The notes below the pieces were generated by a model. The model saw nothing but the letters and a program-made list of their open reading frames with translations, was not told the DNA's origin and did no database searches. Positions 11,400 through 22,067 of a stretch of DNA of 64,000 bases are shown here, one piece after another. The position numbers and the translations under genes are program-made. Where the stretch lies: the NCBI GenBank assembly GCA_045531205.1, contig JAZSDN010000050.1, positions 6,407 to 70,406 of the forward strand, written 5' to 3'. The DNA is from Clostridia bacterium (GTDB lineage: Bacteria > Bacillota > Clostridia > UMGS1883 > UMGS1540). How positions within the stretch are numbered: position 1 is the stretch's first letter; each line of letters begins with the position of its first letter.

Positions 11400-12109
11400 T
11401 TTATCTTCCTCAAGCTTTCTATTTCGTATGATGTCATGTGACGCCATCTGCCTTCGGGCAGATTTCCCAATATAACACTTCCTACAGCAATTCTTTTAAG
11501 TTTTAAAACACGAAAACCTATCGCTTCAAACATTCTTCTTACCTGTCTGTTTTTTCCTTCGTGGATAGAAATTTGAATTTCTGATTCTTTATTATTAAAC
11601 AGTGTTAATACTTCAACTTTTGCAGGTGCAGTAAGTCCGTCGTTTAATTTTACACCGCGTCTTAATTTGTTGAGTTCACTTTCTTTTAAAGTTCCGTTTA
11701 TTCTTGCAATATATGTTTTATATACATTGTTTTTAGGGTGAGTTACAATGTTTGCAAAATCTCCGTCGTTAGTCATTATAAGAAGTCCTGATGTATTATA
11801 ATCAAGTCTTCCAACAGGATAAATACGTGTATTTATATCCGAAACAAGGTCCATAACAGAATCTCTGTCAAACTGGTCTTTTGCAGAAGTAATATATCCT
11901 TCGGGCTTGTTTAATACAATATAGTATTTTTTTGTTACTAAAGAGATAATTTCGCCTTCATATTCAACTTTATCAAAGCTTTCATCCACTTCTGTAGCAA
12001 GCTCTGTAACTTTCTCTCCGTTTATTTTTATTTTTCCTTGTCTTATAAGCTCATCGGCAGCTCTTCTTGAGCAGATTCCCGCTGTTGCTATAAATTTATT
12101 CAGTCTCAT
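11396..12109 (-). CDS. rluB: RsuA/RluB-family 16S/23S rRNA pseudouridine synthase (S4 domain plus catalytic domain)
   Basis: 237 aa. MRLNKFIATAGICSRRAADELI (S4 domain) and GRLDYNTSGLL (catalytic Asp motif). Confidence 0.9.
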   Translation of the reverse strand: MRLNKFIATAGICSRRAADELIRQGKIKINGEKVTELATEVDESFDKVEYEGEIISLVTKKYYIVLNKPEGYITSAKDQFDRDSVMDLVSDINTRIYPVGRLDYNTSGLLIMTNDGDFANIVTHPKNNVYKTYIARINGTLKESELNKLRRGVKLNDGLTAPAKVEVLTLFNNKESEIQISIHEGKNRQVRRMFEAIGFRVLKLKRIAVGSVILGNLPEGRWRHMTSYEIESLRKIK

Positions 12110-12131
12110 AATAGTCCTCTCAAAAATCTTC

Positions 12132-13232
12132 TTATGTACTTTTTACCTGACAAAGCCATGTTATAACTATTTTTGTCAGATTTTCGAAAAACTGATTAAA
12201 TATTTTTTCTTTACTTTCTTCTTGTGCGACAATGTCAATTTCGGTAAATATTGTACCATCTTTTTCAATTCTCGCAGTTCCTAATTTTTGCCCTTTTTCT
12301 ACAGGGGCATCAATGTATTCAGGGCAGTTTATTTTAATGTCTACTTGTTCATCATCTGTCAAATTCATAGAAAAACTGTTTTTATATACTGCATTTATTT
12401 TTTCGGTTTCCCCGTTTTTTACAGTTATTTCTTTTATTGTTTGGTTTTCAGTAATAATATTTCTTGGTTTATAATTGTTGAAAGCGTAGTCAAAAAGATA
12501 AATATGGTCATTCCAATCATCGGGTGCTGATAATGTTACCGCTATTACAGAAAAACCGTCTTTTGTAGCAGAAGATACAAGGCACCTGCCACTTTTCTTT
12601 GTGTACCCTGTTTTTATGCCTGTGCAATAAGGATATTTGTATAATAATTTATTGTGATTATAGTATGTATTTGAATTTACTTCTATTTTGCTTTTTGAAA
12701 CAATTTCGCAAAACACAGGATTTTGCATACAATATCTTGCAATTAGTGCTAAATCATACGCGGTGGTATAATGCCCTTTTTCATCAAGTCCGTTTGGGTT
12801 TTTGAAAGAAGTGTTGTTTGCCCCTATTTCTTTTGCTTTTTGCGTCATTTTTTGTGCAAATGACGTAACATCTCCCGATATATGCTCTGCAATAGCAACG
12901 GCAGCATCGTTTCCCGATACCATCATAAGCCCGCATATAAGCTCATATAAAGAAATTTTTTGCCCCGCTGCAAGGTACATAGAGCTTCCCTCCTGCCCTG
13001 CTGCATTTGCACTCACCGTTACAATTTCGTCTGTGTTTTGATATTCCAATGCTAAAATTGCAGTCATAATCTTGGTAGTGCTTGCCATTGTTTTTTCGGA
13101 AAATGCATTTTTTTCATAAAGTATTCTACCCGTTTGTGCATCAAGTAATACGGCACTTTGGGCAGAAAAAGCACTTACGTTTAAAATTTTTACACATAGG
13201 AAAAACAACACAAATAATGTAAGCCTTTTCAT
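12132..13232 (-). CDS. D-alanyl-D-alanine carboxypeptidase (PBP5/DacB-DacF type)
   Basis: 366 aa. Signal peptide, plus the SxxK (ASTTK), SGN and KTG motifs of low-molecular-weight PBPs. Confidence 0.88.
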   Translation of the reverse strand: MKRLTLFVLFFLCVKILNVSAFSAQSAVLLDAQTGRILYEKNAFSEKTMASTTKIMTAILALEYQNTDEIVTVSANAAGQEGSSMYLAAGQKISLYELICGLMMVSGNDAAVAIAEHISGDVTSFAQKMTQKAKEIGANNTSFKNPNGLDEKGHYTTAYDLALIARYCMQNPVFCEIVSKSKIEVNSNTYYNHNKLLYKYPYCTGIKTGYTKKSGRCLVSSATKDGFSVIAVTLSAPDDWNDHIYLFDYAFNNYKPRNIITENQTIKEITVKNGETEKINAVYKNSFSMNLTDDEQVDIKINCPEYIDAPVEKGQKLGTARIEKDGTIFTEIDIVAQEESKEKIFNQFFENLTKIVITWLCQVKST

Positions 13233-13269
13233 TTAATCACCTTGTAAATTATATGAAAAGGCTTTTTTC

Positions 13270-13659
13270 TTATTCGTTTTTCTTGGATTTCTTTTCTATA
13301 AAAGCGTTTAATTTGTCAATTGCTGCGGGAATATAGTCAACAAGCTTGTCTACCGCTGTTATACTTCCGCCCGTCGGGATAAAACGAACATTTGTGCTGC
13401 TGCAAACTAAAAACCCTACTGGATTTATAGTAACACCGCCACCTGTTCCGCCACCAAATAAGGGGTCAGAATCTTTATCTTTGTTTTTGTGGCCGTATTC
13501 ACTTCCACCTGCACCAAATCCGAATGCAACCTTGGAAACAGGAATTATAGTTACACCTTCGGCTGTTTGCACGGGTTCTCCAATTATTGTATTTGCATCA
13601 ACCATTGTTTTTATGTTCTGCATTGAAGTAGACACGAGTTCAGAAATTTTATTTTCCAT
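13270..13659 (-). CDS. ytfJ: Sporulation protein YtfJ (GerW family)
   Basis: 129 aa. ...IIGEPV...TIIPVSKVAFGFGAGGSEY... with a glycine-rich centre, typical of YtfJ/GerW. Downstream of a DUF2953 gene, as in the ytfI-ytfJ arrangement. Confidence 0.85.
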   Translation of the reverse strand: MENKISELVSTSMQNIKTMVDANTIIGEPVQTAEGVTIIPVSKVAFGFGAGGSEYGHKNKDKDSDPLFGGGTGGGVTINPVGFLVCSSTNVRFIPTGGSITAVDKLVDYIPAAIDKLNAFIEKKSKKNE

Positions 13660-13664
13660 TCATA

Positions 13665-14228
13665 TCACCCTTTCAAAATTTTTAATATTTTTATAAGCAA
13701 TTTAAATGCATGTGCAACCTTTATATGAATTTTTGTGTTGAAGTTTATATAAAAACATACATTTTCAAAATCAGGAGTAACACTTTCATAATGCTCTTTT
13801 AAAACAAAAAGCCTATCAAGCGTTGAAACCATTTGCGAAAACAAGGCATAAGCTGCTCCCGTGGCTATTCCTGTCAATGCTGCATCAGTCGTACCTTCTC
13901 TTATTTTTATTTCAAATAAGTCAATAAACAGTCTCTTTTTTAAATATTTTAAAGCATCAACCGCTTTATCAAAACTTTCTTCAATTCTTTCTAAGTTAAG
14001 GTTAAAATCTTTTTTATCAGAATTTTTATCTTGCTTAGTTTTTATGTCTTTATTATCCTTTTTTGCACAAGAATCAAAAAAAGTTATATTAAAAAACAAT
14101 ATCTTTCCTTTTAACAGGAATCTGTTTTTGTTCGGTTCAAGCTTATATTCAGCATCAATATAAATTTTAAGATTTAAAATAATAAAAAAAACAACAAAAA
14201 CAGCCGCTAAAATATAAAGAGTCATCAA
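13665..14228 (-). CDS. DUF2953/YtfI-like sporulation membrane protein
   Basis: 187 aa with an N-terminal TM segment. Call rests on position immediately upstream of ytfJ and general resemblance; sequence-level assignment is weak. Confidence 0.5.
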   Translation of the reverse strand: MMTLYILAAVFVVFFIILNLKIYIDAEYKLEPNKNRFLLKGKILFFNITFFDSCAKKDNKDIKTKQDKNSDKKDFNLNLERIEESFDKAVDALKYLKKRLFIDLFEIKIREGTTDAALTGIATGAAYALFSQMVSTLDRLFVLKEHYESVTPDFENVCFYINFNTKIHIKVAHAFKLLIKILKILKG

Positions 14229-14239
14229 AATTATCCCCT

Positions 14240-14776
14240 TTACAATTCTTCTTCCGGCATTTCGGGAATTTCCGGAATTTCAGGCAAATCATTTAGGCTC
14301 TCAAGTCCGAAACAACGCAGAAACTCTTCTGTAGTAATATATAAAATGGGTTTTCCTGGCGCATCAAGTCTGCCTGCCTCCTCAATAAACCCTCTCTCAA
14401 TAAGCCTTGACACGGAATAAGAACTGTCCACTCCCCGAATTACTTCTATTCTTCCCTTTGTTATGGGCTGATTATACGCAATTATGGAAAGAGTTTCTAA
14501 AGCCGAAGGAGAAAGTGCCTGTTTTCTTCTTGGTTCAAATATTTTTTGAATAACATCGGCATAATCTTCTCTTGAACACATCTGGTAAGAATTTTCAAGC
14601 TTTATTATTCTGAGTCCTCTTTTTTCTTTGTCATAGCTTTCTGCAAGTGAGTTTGTCGCTTTGATAATTACTTCAGGTTCAAGTTCCATAGCTTCTGCTA
14701 TATCATTTACTAAAACAGAGTCTCCTGCTCCGAATAAAATGGCTTCAATATATTTTTCTATTTCAGTTTCTTTCAT
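14240..14776 (-). CDS. scpB: Segregation and condensation protein B
   Basis: 178 aa. ...IEAILFGAGDSV...LSPSALETLSIIAYNQPITKGRIEVIRGV... is typical ScpB. 4-nt overlap with scpA. Confidence 0.92.
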   Translation of the reverse strand: MKETEIEKYIEAILFGAGDSVLVNDIAEAMELEPEVIIKATNSLAESYDKEKRGLRIIKLENSYQMCSREDYADVIQKIFEPRRKQALSPSALETLSIIAYNQPITKGRIEVIRGVDSSYSVSRLIERGFIEEAGRLDAPGKPILYITTEEFLRCFGLESLNDLPEIPEIPEMPEEEL

Positions 14777-15480
14777 TGTTCCTCACCGTTTTTTATCAGA
14801 TAGATTTTTAAACCTTCTTCTTTTATTTTTAAATGACCCTGACTTACTACGTGCAAAAGTGCAACAAAAGCAGAAACAATTTCATATCTGTCGTCAAGTC
14901 CTTCAAAAATATCTTCAAACAGCATTGAAGGCTTTATTTTAAATAGTGCGTGTATGTATTTTATACTGTATTCAATGGGCGTTCTTTCTCTGCCTACAAT
15001 GCCCGAAAAAGCACTTTTTGGCGGAGGCATAAAAGCCTCTTTTCTTTGCAGTAAAAGTTCAAAGGCGTTTAAAAGACTTTCTGCCTGCATAGGAATATTT
15101 TCTATAATTGTTTTGCCCATTTTTTCGGGCATTTTAAAATAATTATCTATGGTAGAAAATTGTACTTCCGAAAGTTTTTGTGCCGCCTGCTTTACTTTTT
15201 TGTATTCTATTAAACGGGCTTGTAAGTCTTCTTTTAACTCTTCTACTTCTTCTTGCTCTGCAGGTATAAGAGTTTTGGATTTCATATACAAAAGATGAGA
15301 TGCCATAACCAAAAACTCGCTTGTAATTTCAAGGTCAAAGTTTTGTATTACCTCCATATACTGGTTTGTTATTTCGGCAATAGGAATATCTTCTATATTT
15401 AGTTTGTTTTTTTGTATTAAATACAAAAGCAAATCCAGAGGACCTTCAAACATTTCAAGTTTAAAGCTTGGTGCATACAT
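14773..15480 (-). CDS. scpA: Segregation and condensation protein A
   Basis: 235 aa. ...FEGPLDLLLYLIQKNKLNIEDIPIAEIT... is the ScpA signature. Confidence 0.92.
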   Translation of the reverse strand: MYAPSFKLEMFEGPLDLLLYLIQKNKLNIEDIPIAEITNQYMEVIQNFDLEITSEFLVMASHLLYMKSKTLIPAEQEEVEELKEDLQARLIEYKKVKQAAQKLSEVQFSTIDNYFKMPEKMGKTIIENIPMQAESLLNAFELLLQRKEAFMPPPKSAFSGIVGRERTPIEYSIKYIHALFKIKPSMLFEDIFEGLDDRYEIVSAFVALLHVVSQGHLKIKEEGLKIYLIKNGEEQ

Positions 15481-16136
15481 TAAAACAACCCCGCAATAAT
15501 ATTAATAAAATCAAATAAAAAATCGTAAATTTTTCCTGATATAAACCCAAGAACCGGTGTAAGTATATTAAAGAATAAGAGTATCATAAGTATGGGCATA
15601 GCATAACGCTCATACCTCATAAGATTATAATAAGCCTTGTCAGGCAATACAACCGCAAGGATTTTTGAGCCGTCAAGCGGAGGTATGGGTATGAGGTTAA
15701 ATACTGCCAAACCAACATTAAGTGCCATAATTGCTGATAACACATTAAGTAAAAAATCTACAAAAATACTTTCCAAAGCATGTAATCCAAAACCAAAAAA
15801 TACACCCAAAAGCAATGCAGAAATTAAAGCCATAAAAAGGTTTGACATAGGTCCTGCAAGACCTACAAGACTCATTCCCTGTTTTCTGTTTTTAAAATAT
15901 AACGGATTTACAGGTACAGGCTTTGCCCAGCCAAATCCAAATAAAAGCATACATATAACACCCATTATATCAAGGTGGTCTAAGGGATTAAGCGAAAGTC
16001 TGCCCATGTTTTTCGCTGTCGGGTCACCTAATTTGTATGCCACATATCCGTGAGCTGTTTCGTGTATTGAAATTGCTATTAAAACAGCAGGGATACGAAA
16101 AAGTATTTCTGTTATATTAAAACCTGAAAGTAACAT
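15480..16136 (-). CDS. Site-2 protease family (peptidase M50) membrane metalloprotease
   Basis: 218 aa, polytopic, with HETAHG (HExxH) in the first TM region and a later ...PPLDGS... motif. Confidence 0.8.
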   Translation of the reverse strand: MLLSGFNITEILFRIPAVLIAISIHETAHGYVAYKLGDPTAKNMGRLSLNPLDHLDIMGVICMLLFGFGWAKPVPVNPLYFKNRKQGMSLVGLAGPMSNLFMALISALLLGVFFGFGLHALESIFVDFLLNVLSAIMALNVGLAVFNLIPIPPLDGSKILAVVLPDKAYYNLMRYERYAMPILMILLFFNILTPVLGFISGKIYDFLFDFINIIAGLF

Positions 16137-17422
16137 TATAAATCATTCCTTAATAAATCTTCATAGGTTTCACGTTTTACAATAATGCGTGACTTACCAT
16201 CTTTAATCATAACAACGGCAGGTCTTGGAAGTCTGTTGTAATTACTGCTCATAGAGTAATTATAAGCACCCGTTGAAAGTACCGCTACCAAATCGCCTCT
16301 GTTTATTTTGGGCATCTTTGCATCCTTAATTATAATATCGCCCGATTCACAACACTTACCGCATAAAGTTACAGTTTCTGTTTTTTCGTCAAGCGGACGG
16401 GATGGAAGCAACGCTTCATATTTTGAGCCATACATAATAAAACGTGGGTTATCCCCCATTCCACCATCAAGTGAAACATATTTTCTTATTCCAGGTAAAT
16501 CTTTAATAACGCCTGCAGTATATAACGTAATACCTGCAGCACCTACTATTGACCTTCCGGGTTCGAACATAAGGAAGGGTAATTGTACTGAATACTTTTT
16601 AGCTGAAATTTTAAGAGCTTTAATTGTTTTGCTCATATAATCGCTGTAATGAGAATGCTTGTCCTCTTCGGTGTATCTGATTCCAAAGCCACCGCCTAAA
16701 TCAAGCTCGTCTATTTTAGTATCAAGCTCTGAAATGAATTTTACCATTACATCTGCTGTTTTTTCAAAAGGCTCTGTATCAAATATCTGCGAGCCTATAT
16801 GGCAATGTATACCGCCTAAAATTATATTTTCGCACTGTGTGGCAAAAGCTATTGCTTTTTTTGCTTCTCCTGTTTTAATTGAAATACCGAATTTTGAATC
16901 TTCCCCGCCTGTCATAACAAACTCATGGGTAGAAGCTTCTATTCCCGGAGTTACCCTTACAAGAATCTTTTGTTTTTTGCCTAATCTGCCTGCAATTTCG
17001 TTAACTCTTTCAATATCATCAAAGCTGTCTGCCATAATTCTGCCTATACCATTAGTTATTGCAAACTCAAGCTCGTCGTAGCCTTTATTATTTCCATGGA
17101 AACAAATCACAGAAGGCGAAACTCCTGCCGAAAGAGCAGTAAACATTTCACCGCCTGAAACAACGTCAATTCCGAGTCCTTCTCTCGCTGCAATACGGCA
17201 TGTTTCCTTAGTGCACATGGATTTTGACGCAAAAAAGATAAGTCCGTTTCCGTCATATTCTTTATCTATAACATCCTTATAGGCACGCATATTGGATACA
17301 ATAGTATTTTCGTCCATAACATATAATGGTGTTCCGTATTCTTTTGCAAGCTCTACAGTGTCCGCTCCGCCTATTGTAAGGTGATTTTTTTCGTTAATAT
17401 TAAGTGCATCTGAAATAAACAT
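16136..17422 (-). CDS. lysA: Diaminopimelate decarboxylase
   Basis: The track ORF extends to 17467. I place the start at MFISDALN (17422), which has GGAGG 5 nt upstream. PLP-dependent Orn/DAP/Arg decarboxylase features are present (...GGGFGI..., ...CESGD...). Confidence 0.93.
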   Translation of the reverse strand: MFISDALNINEKNHLTIGGADTVELAKEYGTPLYVMDENTIVSNMRAYKDVIDKEYDGNGLIFFASKSMCTKETCRIAAREGLGIDVVSGGEMFTALSAGVSPSVICFHGNNKGYDELEFAITNGIGRIMADSFDDIERVNEIAGRLGKKQKILVRVTPGIEASTHEFVMTGGEDSKFGISIKTGEAKKAIAFATQCENIILGGIHCHIGSQIFDTEPFEKTADVMVKFISELDTKIDELDLGGGFGIRYTEEDKHSHYSDYMSKTIKALKISAKKYSVQLPFLMFEPGRSIVGAAGITLYTAGVIKDLPGIRKYVSLDGGMGDNPRFIMYGSKYEALLPSRPLDEKTETVTLCGKCCESGDIIIKDAKMPKINRGDLVAVLSTGAYNYSMSSNYNRLPRPAVVMIKDGKSRIIVKRETYEDLLRNDL

Positions 17423-17512
17423 ATTATCCTCCGTTCTATTTTTTAAATTATAACATAACTTAACCATATTTGTAAAGAATTTTCAAAAACAAAAATTTTT
17501 TCAAAAAAACTA

Positions 17513-17541
17513 TTGACAAAGATTTTTTACGGTGTTATACT
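17513..17541 (+). promoter_or_regulatory. Sigma-A type promoter of the ctsR-mcsA-mcsB-clpC operon
   Basis: TTGACA (17513-17518), 17-nt spacer ending in TGT (extended -10), TATACT (17536-17541). Confidence 0.7.
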
Positions 17542-17543
17542 AA

Positions 17544-17566
17544 AGTCAAAGAAAGTCAAAGTCAAT
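17544..17566 (+). promoter_or_regulatory. CtsR operator (heptad direct repeat)
   Basis: AGTCAAAGAAAGTCAAAGTCAA. The first 17 nt fit the CtsR box A/GGTCAAANANA/GGTCAAA exactly, and a third partial heptad follows. It starts 3 nt after the -10. Confidence 0.8.
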
Positions 17567-17583
17567 TCAAAGAGGTGTTTTTT

Positions 17584-18030
17584 ATGGGAATAAGTGATAT
17601 AATAGAAAACTTTTTAAGAGAAATGATTGATTCTGAAGGCTCGGTTGAAATAAAAAGAAATAATCTTGCAAACCATTTTGGCTGTGTTCCTTCACAAATA
17701 AATTATGTTATACAAACAAGATTTACCAACGAACGCGGCTATATAGTAGAAAGCAGACGCGGCGGTGGCGGATATGTAAAAATATCCCGTGTTACTCTCC
17801 CCGGAAAGAATTATCTTATGCACATTGTTAATAATATTGGAAAATCAATTGACTTTGAAACTGCCCGCATATTTATAGAAAATATGGTGGCTTACGAACA
17901 TCTTTCTGTGCGAGAGGGTAAGCTTATTTTAAACGCAATAAGCGATAAAGCGCTTGCTGTTCCCTCAATAATGCAGGATCAGCTTCGTGCATCAATACTT
18001 AAAAATATGATAGTAGGACTCGGTGTTTAA
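17584..18030 (+). CDS. ctsR: Class III stress gene repressor CtsR
   Basis: The track ORF starts at the GTG at 17575. The ATG at 17584 (MGISDIIENFL...) has AGAGGTG 6 nt upstream and matches typical CtsR N-termini. The glycine-rich RRGGGGYV loop is present. Confidence 0.93.
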   Translation: MGISDIIENFLREMIDSEGSVEIKRNNLANHFGCVPSQINYVIQTRFTNERGYIVESRRGGGGYVKISRVTLPGKNYLMHIVNNIGKSIDFETARIFIENMVAYEHLSVREGKLILNAISDKALAVPSIMQDQLRASILKNMIVGLGV

Positions 18031-18042
18031 GGAGGTTTTTAT

Positions 18043-18513
18043 ATGTTGTGTGAAAAATGCGGAATGAATACCGCAAATATTTTCTTATCCCAGACAATAA
18101 ACGGCAAAAAAAGTGAAATGCACGTTTGCTCGAAATGTGCCGCACAGATGGGTTATTTTGGAGATGGAATGAATTTAAGCCTTGATTTATTAGGGGCATT
18201 CTCCCCTGCTTTAAAAACTGTAAAATCCTGCCCTGTATGCGGTAAAACATACGAACAGATAAAAAAGAGTCAACGTTTTGGTTGCGAAGAATGTTATGTT
18301 CATTTTTCAAATATAACAGACGGAGTGCTTGAGAGAATACACGGCAAGACACTTCACACAGGCAAGCTTCCCGACAAAGTCGATGCAAAGCTTAAAACAA
18401 AAAGACATCTTGACGATTTAAAACGCAAACTCAAAGAAGCTGTTTTAAACGAAAAATATGAAGATGCAGCAAAATTCCGTGACGAAATAAAATCAATTGA
18501 GGAGGGACTTTAA
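18043..18513 (+). CDS. mcsA: McsA (CtsR modulator with zinc-finger CxxC pairs and a UVR motif)
   Basis: 156 aa. CEKCG/CSKCA/CPVCG/CEEC cysteine pairs and a C-terminal UVR-like ...EKYEDAAKFRDEI... Confidence 0.9.
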   Translation: MLCEKCGMNTANIFLSQTINGKKSEMHVCSKCAAQMGYFGDGMNLSLDLLGAFSPALKTVKSCPVCGKTYEQIKKSQRFGCEECYVHFSNITDGVLERIHGKTLHTGKLPDKVDAKLKTKRHLDDLKRKLKEAVLNEKYEDAAKFRDEIKSIEEGL

Positions 18514-19520
18514 TGAGCTGGTACGAAAACACAGGAAAACAAAATGATTTAATAATAAGTACCCGTGCGAGATTAGCACGCAATATTTCTAAATACCCTT
18601 TCCCCGGCTCTATGAGTGCAAAAGACGCCGAAGAAGTTATTTCTCTTGTATGGGATGCTATAACTCCTCTTCAAAGCGAATTTACACTTTACAGAATGGA
18701 TAAAATTTCGCAAAGCGAAAGACAAAAGCTTATAGAAAAGCATTTAATAAGCCCTAATTTTACTTCTGATTTTCCAAGAGCAGCCATTATAAACAAAGAT
18801 GAAACCCTTTCTCTTATGGTAAACGAAGAAGACCATATAAGAATTCAATGTCTGCTCCCCGGGTATGATGCTTATTCTGCATACGAAACAGCTGACAAAA
18901 TAGATACTCTTTTAAACGAAAAAATAGAATACGCCTTTCATGAAAAGTACGGATATCTTACTTCGTGCCCAACAAACACAGGTACAGGTATGAGAATATC
19001 GGTAATGATGCACCTTCCTGCCCTTTCTCTTTCGGGTGGGATGAACTCACTTCTTACAAAAGCCGCAAAGCTCGGTATGACTGCACGCGGTCTTTTTGGT
19101 GAAGGCAGTGATGCTTTAGGCAATTTTTATCAGCTTTCAAATCAGATAACACTCGGGCTTTCGGAACACGAAATTATAGAGAATTTTTCATCTCTTGTAC
19201 AAATTGCAGTTAATGCAGAAAATGCTTTGAGAGATAATCTTAGAAAAGAAACTCCCTCTAAACTTCGTGATAAGCTTTTACGTTCTTACGGAATTATAAA
19301 GAATGCTTATCTCATTTCTACAGGAGAAATTCTTAATCTTATAAGTGATGTCAGGTTCGGGATATATTTGGGTATAATTAAACCGATTCCCTTTGAGAGA
19401 TTAACAAAACTTATGGTAATGTCTATGCCCGCAAATATATCTTCGGACAAAGCATTATCAAGCGAAGAAAGGGATATAAAACGTGCACAAACGGCACAGG
19501 AAATCTTTAAGGAGGTATAA
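18513..19520 (+). CDS. mcsB: Protein arginine kinase McsB
   Basis: 335 aa. Phosphagen-kinase-like core (...NEEDHIRIQ..., ...TNTGTGMR...). Overlaps the mcsA stop. Confidence 0.95.
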   Translation: MSWYENTGKQNDLIISTRARLARNISKYPFPGSMSAKDAEEVISLVWDAITPLQSEFTLYRMDKISQSERQKLIEKHLISPNFTSDFPRAAIINKDETLSLMVNEEDHIRIQCLLPGYDAYSAYETADKIDTLLNEKIEYAFHEKYGYLTSCPTNTGTGMRISVMMHLPALSLSGGMNSLLTKAAKLGMTARGLFGEGSDALGNFYQLSNQITLGLSEHEIIENFSSLVQIAVNAENALRDNLRKETPSKLRDKLLRSYGIIKNAYLISTGEILNLISDVRFGIYLGIIKPIPFERLTKLMVMSMPANISSDKALSSEERDIKRAQTAQEIFKEV

Positions 19521-19523
19521 AAT

Positions 19524-21959
19524 ATGAATTCAAATAAATTCACACCAAAAGCAAAAGAAGCTCTCTCTTTGGCACAACAGAGTGCCGCAAGTCTTGGTCA
19601 CTCATATCTTGGCAGCGAGCATCTTCTCTTAGGACTTATAAAAGAAGGCTCGGGTGCGGCAGCTGCTGCTCTTTCATCAAACGGCATAACAGAAGAAAAG
19701 GTTTTAAATCAAATAAGTGCAATGCTTGATACTGCTCCCGGTGCCCCTGTTGCAACACTGGAATTTACACCCAGAACACGTCGTATATTACAAATCAGTG
19801 CAATGGAAGCGGCAAAATCAAACCTTTCGGCAATAGGAACAGAACATATTCTTTTAGGAATACTTAAAGAAGGAAATAATGTTGCTTGTACAATTCTTGC
19901 TTCGCTTGGAGTTCAGGCTCAAACAATCTACAATTCTCTTATGCATTCTTCAAATTCAGACAGCGAAGATTTTTCTGCGCCTTCGCCAGAAAAGAAAAAT
20001 GCTTCCACCCCTACCCTTGACCAGTTTGGAAGGGATTTGACGCAACTTGCAAGAGAAGATAAATTTGACCCCGTTATAGGCAGAGAAAAAGAAATTGAAC
20101 GTGTTGTTCAAATTCTTTCCAGAAGAACCAAAAACAACCCCTGCCTTATAGGTGAACCCGGTGTTGGCAAAACCGCTATAGCAGAAGGTCTTGCGCAGAG
20201 AATTGTTAAAGGAGATATACCTGAAATATTAAAGGATAAAAGAGTGTTCACTCTTGATATATCATCAATGATTGCAGGAGCAAAATACCGTGGCGAATTT
20301 GAAGAAAGACTTAAAAAAGCTATGGAAGAAATAACTGCATCGGGCAATGTAATCCTTTTTATAGATGAAATGCACACTCTTATAGGTGCGGGTGCTGCGG
20401 AAGGAGCAATAGATGCATCTAACATATTAAAGCCTGCCCTTGCAAGAGGTGAAATACAGCTTATAGGTGCAACAACTATATCTGAATACAGAAAATACGT
20501 TGAAAAAGATGCTGCTTTAGAAAGACGTTTTCAGCCTGTAACTGTAGGCGAGCCCACAATTGATGAAACCATTCTTATTTTAAAAGGCTTACGCGAAAAG
20601 TATGAAGCTCATCACGGCATAAAAATAACAGATTCAGCGCTTTCTGCAGCAGCAAAGCTTTCTGCCCGTTATATAACCGACAGATTTTTGCCCGATAAAG
20701 CAATAGACCTTATGGATGAAGCGGCTTCCCGCTCACGTCTTTCAACTCTTACTGCTCCCGATGAATTAAATCAGCTCGAAGGCAAAATCAAAACAGCATT
20801 AGAAGAAAAAGAGGAAGCTATAAAAACGCAGGACTTTGAAAAAGCTGCAAAATTAAGAGATGAAGAAAATAAGCTTTCTGCCGAGCTTGAAGAAAAACGT
20901 AAAGCCTGGAAAGCTGATAACGCAGTAAACAAAACAGAAATCGATGAAAACGATATTGCTCACATAGTTTCTTCATGGACAGGAATCCCTGTAAACCGCC
21001 TTGCAGAAACAGAAAGCTACAGACTTAAGAATATGGAAAACATTCTTCACGAAAGAGTTGTAGGACAGCATCAGGCAGTATCAGCTGCAGCAAGAGCTAT
21101 CCGCCGTGGAAGAGTTGGTTTAAAAGACCCAAAACGTCCCATAGGTTCATTTATCTTTTTAGGCCCTACGGGTGTTGGTAAAACCGAACTTTCCAAAGCT
21201 ATTGCCGAAGCAATATTCGGTGACGAAGATTCTATGATAAGAATTGATATGTCGGAATATATGGAAAAGCATACCGTTTCACGTCTTGTAGGCTCCCCTC
21301 CAGGATATGTGGGCTTTGACGAAGGCGGTCAGCTTACCGAAAAGGTTCGCAGAAAGCCATATTCCGTTCTTCTTTTTGACGAAATTGAAAAGGCTCATCC
21401 TGATGTGTTTAATATACTTCTCCAAATTCTTGAAGATGGTATTTTAACAGACGCACAAGGCAGAAAAGTTGATTTTCGAAACACAATAATTATTATGACA
21501 TCAAATGTAGGTGCACGCCTTATAACAGACCAGAAGCGTTCTTTAGGCTTTGCAGAGGAAAAAGACCCTGAAGCTGCAACTTACGAAAACATCAAAAAGA
21601 ATGTAATGGGCGAATTGAAACAGCTTTTCCGCCCCGAATTTTTAAACCGTGTTGATGATATTATAGTATTTACACAGCTTAATCAGGAAAACATAAAAAG
21701 TGTAGCTAAAATAATGCTTTCTTCACTTCAAAAACGACTTGAAAGCATTGGAATAAAAGCAGAATTTACAGAGAATGCTTTAGAAGAACTTGCAAAAGAA
21801 GGTTATGACCCTGTATATGGTGCAAGGCCGCTGCGTCGTGCTATACAAACTAAAATTGAAGATCTGCTTGCTGAAAAAATGCTTGATAAAGCAGTAGAAG
21901 AAGGCGACTCAATTTTAATTGATTTTGAAAACGAAAGCTTTACTGTAACAAAGAAATAA
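19524..21959 (+). CDS. clpC: ATP-dependent Clp protease ATP-binding subunit ClpC
   Basis: 811 aa. Clp-N repeats, two AAA+ modules (GEPGVGKT and GPTGVGKT), and a UVR linker motif. Confidence 0.97.
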   Translation: MNSNKFTPKAKEALSLAQQSAASLGHSYLGSEHLLLGLIKEGSGAAAAALSSNGITEEKVLNQISAMLDTAPGAPVATLEFTPRTRRILQISAMEAAKSNLSAIGTEHILLGILKEGNNVACTILASLGVQAQTIYNSLMHSSNSDSEDFSAPSPEKKNASTPTLDQFGRDLTQLAREDKFDPVIGREKEIERVVQILSRRTKNNPCLIGEPGVGKTAIAEGLAQRIVKGDIPEILKDKRVFTLDISSMIAGAKYRGEFEERLKKAMEEITASGNVILFIDEMHTLIGAGAAEGAIDASNILKPALARGEIQLIGATTISEYRKYVEKDAALERRFQPVTVGEPTIDETILILKGLREKYEAHHGIKITDSALSAAAKLSARYITDRFLPDKAIDLMDEAASRSRLSTLTAPDELNQLEGKIKTALEEKEEAIKTQDFEKAAKLRDEENKLSAELEEKRKAWKADNAVNKTEIDENDIAHIVSSWTGIPVNRLAETESYRLKNMENILHERVVGQHQAVSAAARAIRRGRVGLKDPKRPIGSFIFLGPTGVGKTELSKAIAEAIFGDEDSMIRIDMSEYMEKHTVSRLVGSPPGYVGFDEGGQLTEKVRRKPYSVLLFDEIEKAHPDVFNILLQILEDGILTDAQGRKVDFRNTIIIMTSNVGARLITDQKRSLGFAEEKDPEAATYENIKKNVMGELKQLFRPEFLNRVDDIIVFTQLNQENIKSVAKIMLSSLQKRLESIGIKAEFTENALEELAKEGYDPVYGARPLRRAIQTKIEDLLAEKMLDKAVEEGDSILIDFENESFTVTKK

Positions 21960-21961
21960 TT

Positions 21962-22000
21962 AAAAATCCGCAATTCTTTTTAAGATTTGCGGATTTTTTT
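21962..22000 (+). terminator. Rho-independent terminator after clpC
   Basis: AAAAATCCGCAA-loop-TTGCGGATTTTTTT. Confidence 0.75.
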
Positions 22001-22067
22001 GTAGACTAATTCAAAAAAATCTGTTATAATTTAGAGCGTTAATATTTTACACAGGAGAAATTTTAAA

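Noticed and set aside
17568-17586. An identical 17-nt string, AAGAGGTGTTTTTTATG, at the ctsR start (17570-17586) and the spmA start (57561-57577).
   Set aside because: It is just an SD (AGAGGTG) plus a T-rich spacer plus ATG. The flanks diverge immediately on both sides and the genes are unrelated. I treated it as coincidental convergence of translation-initiation context, not a repeat element.
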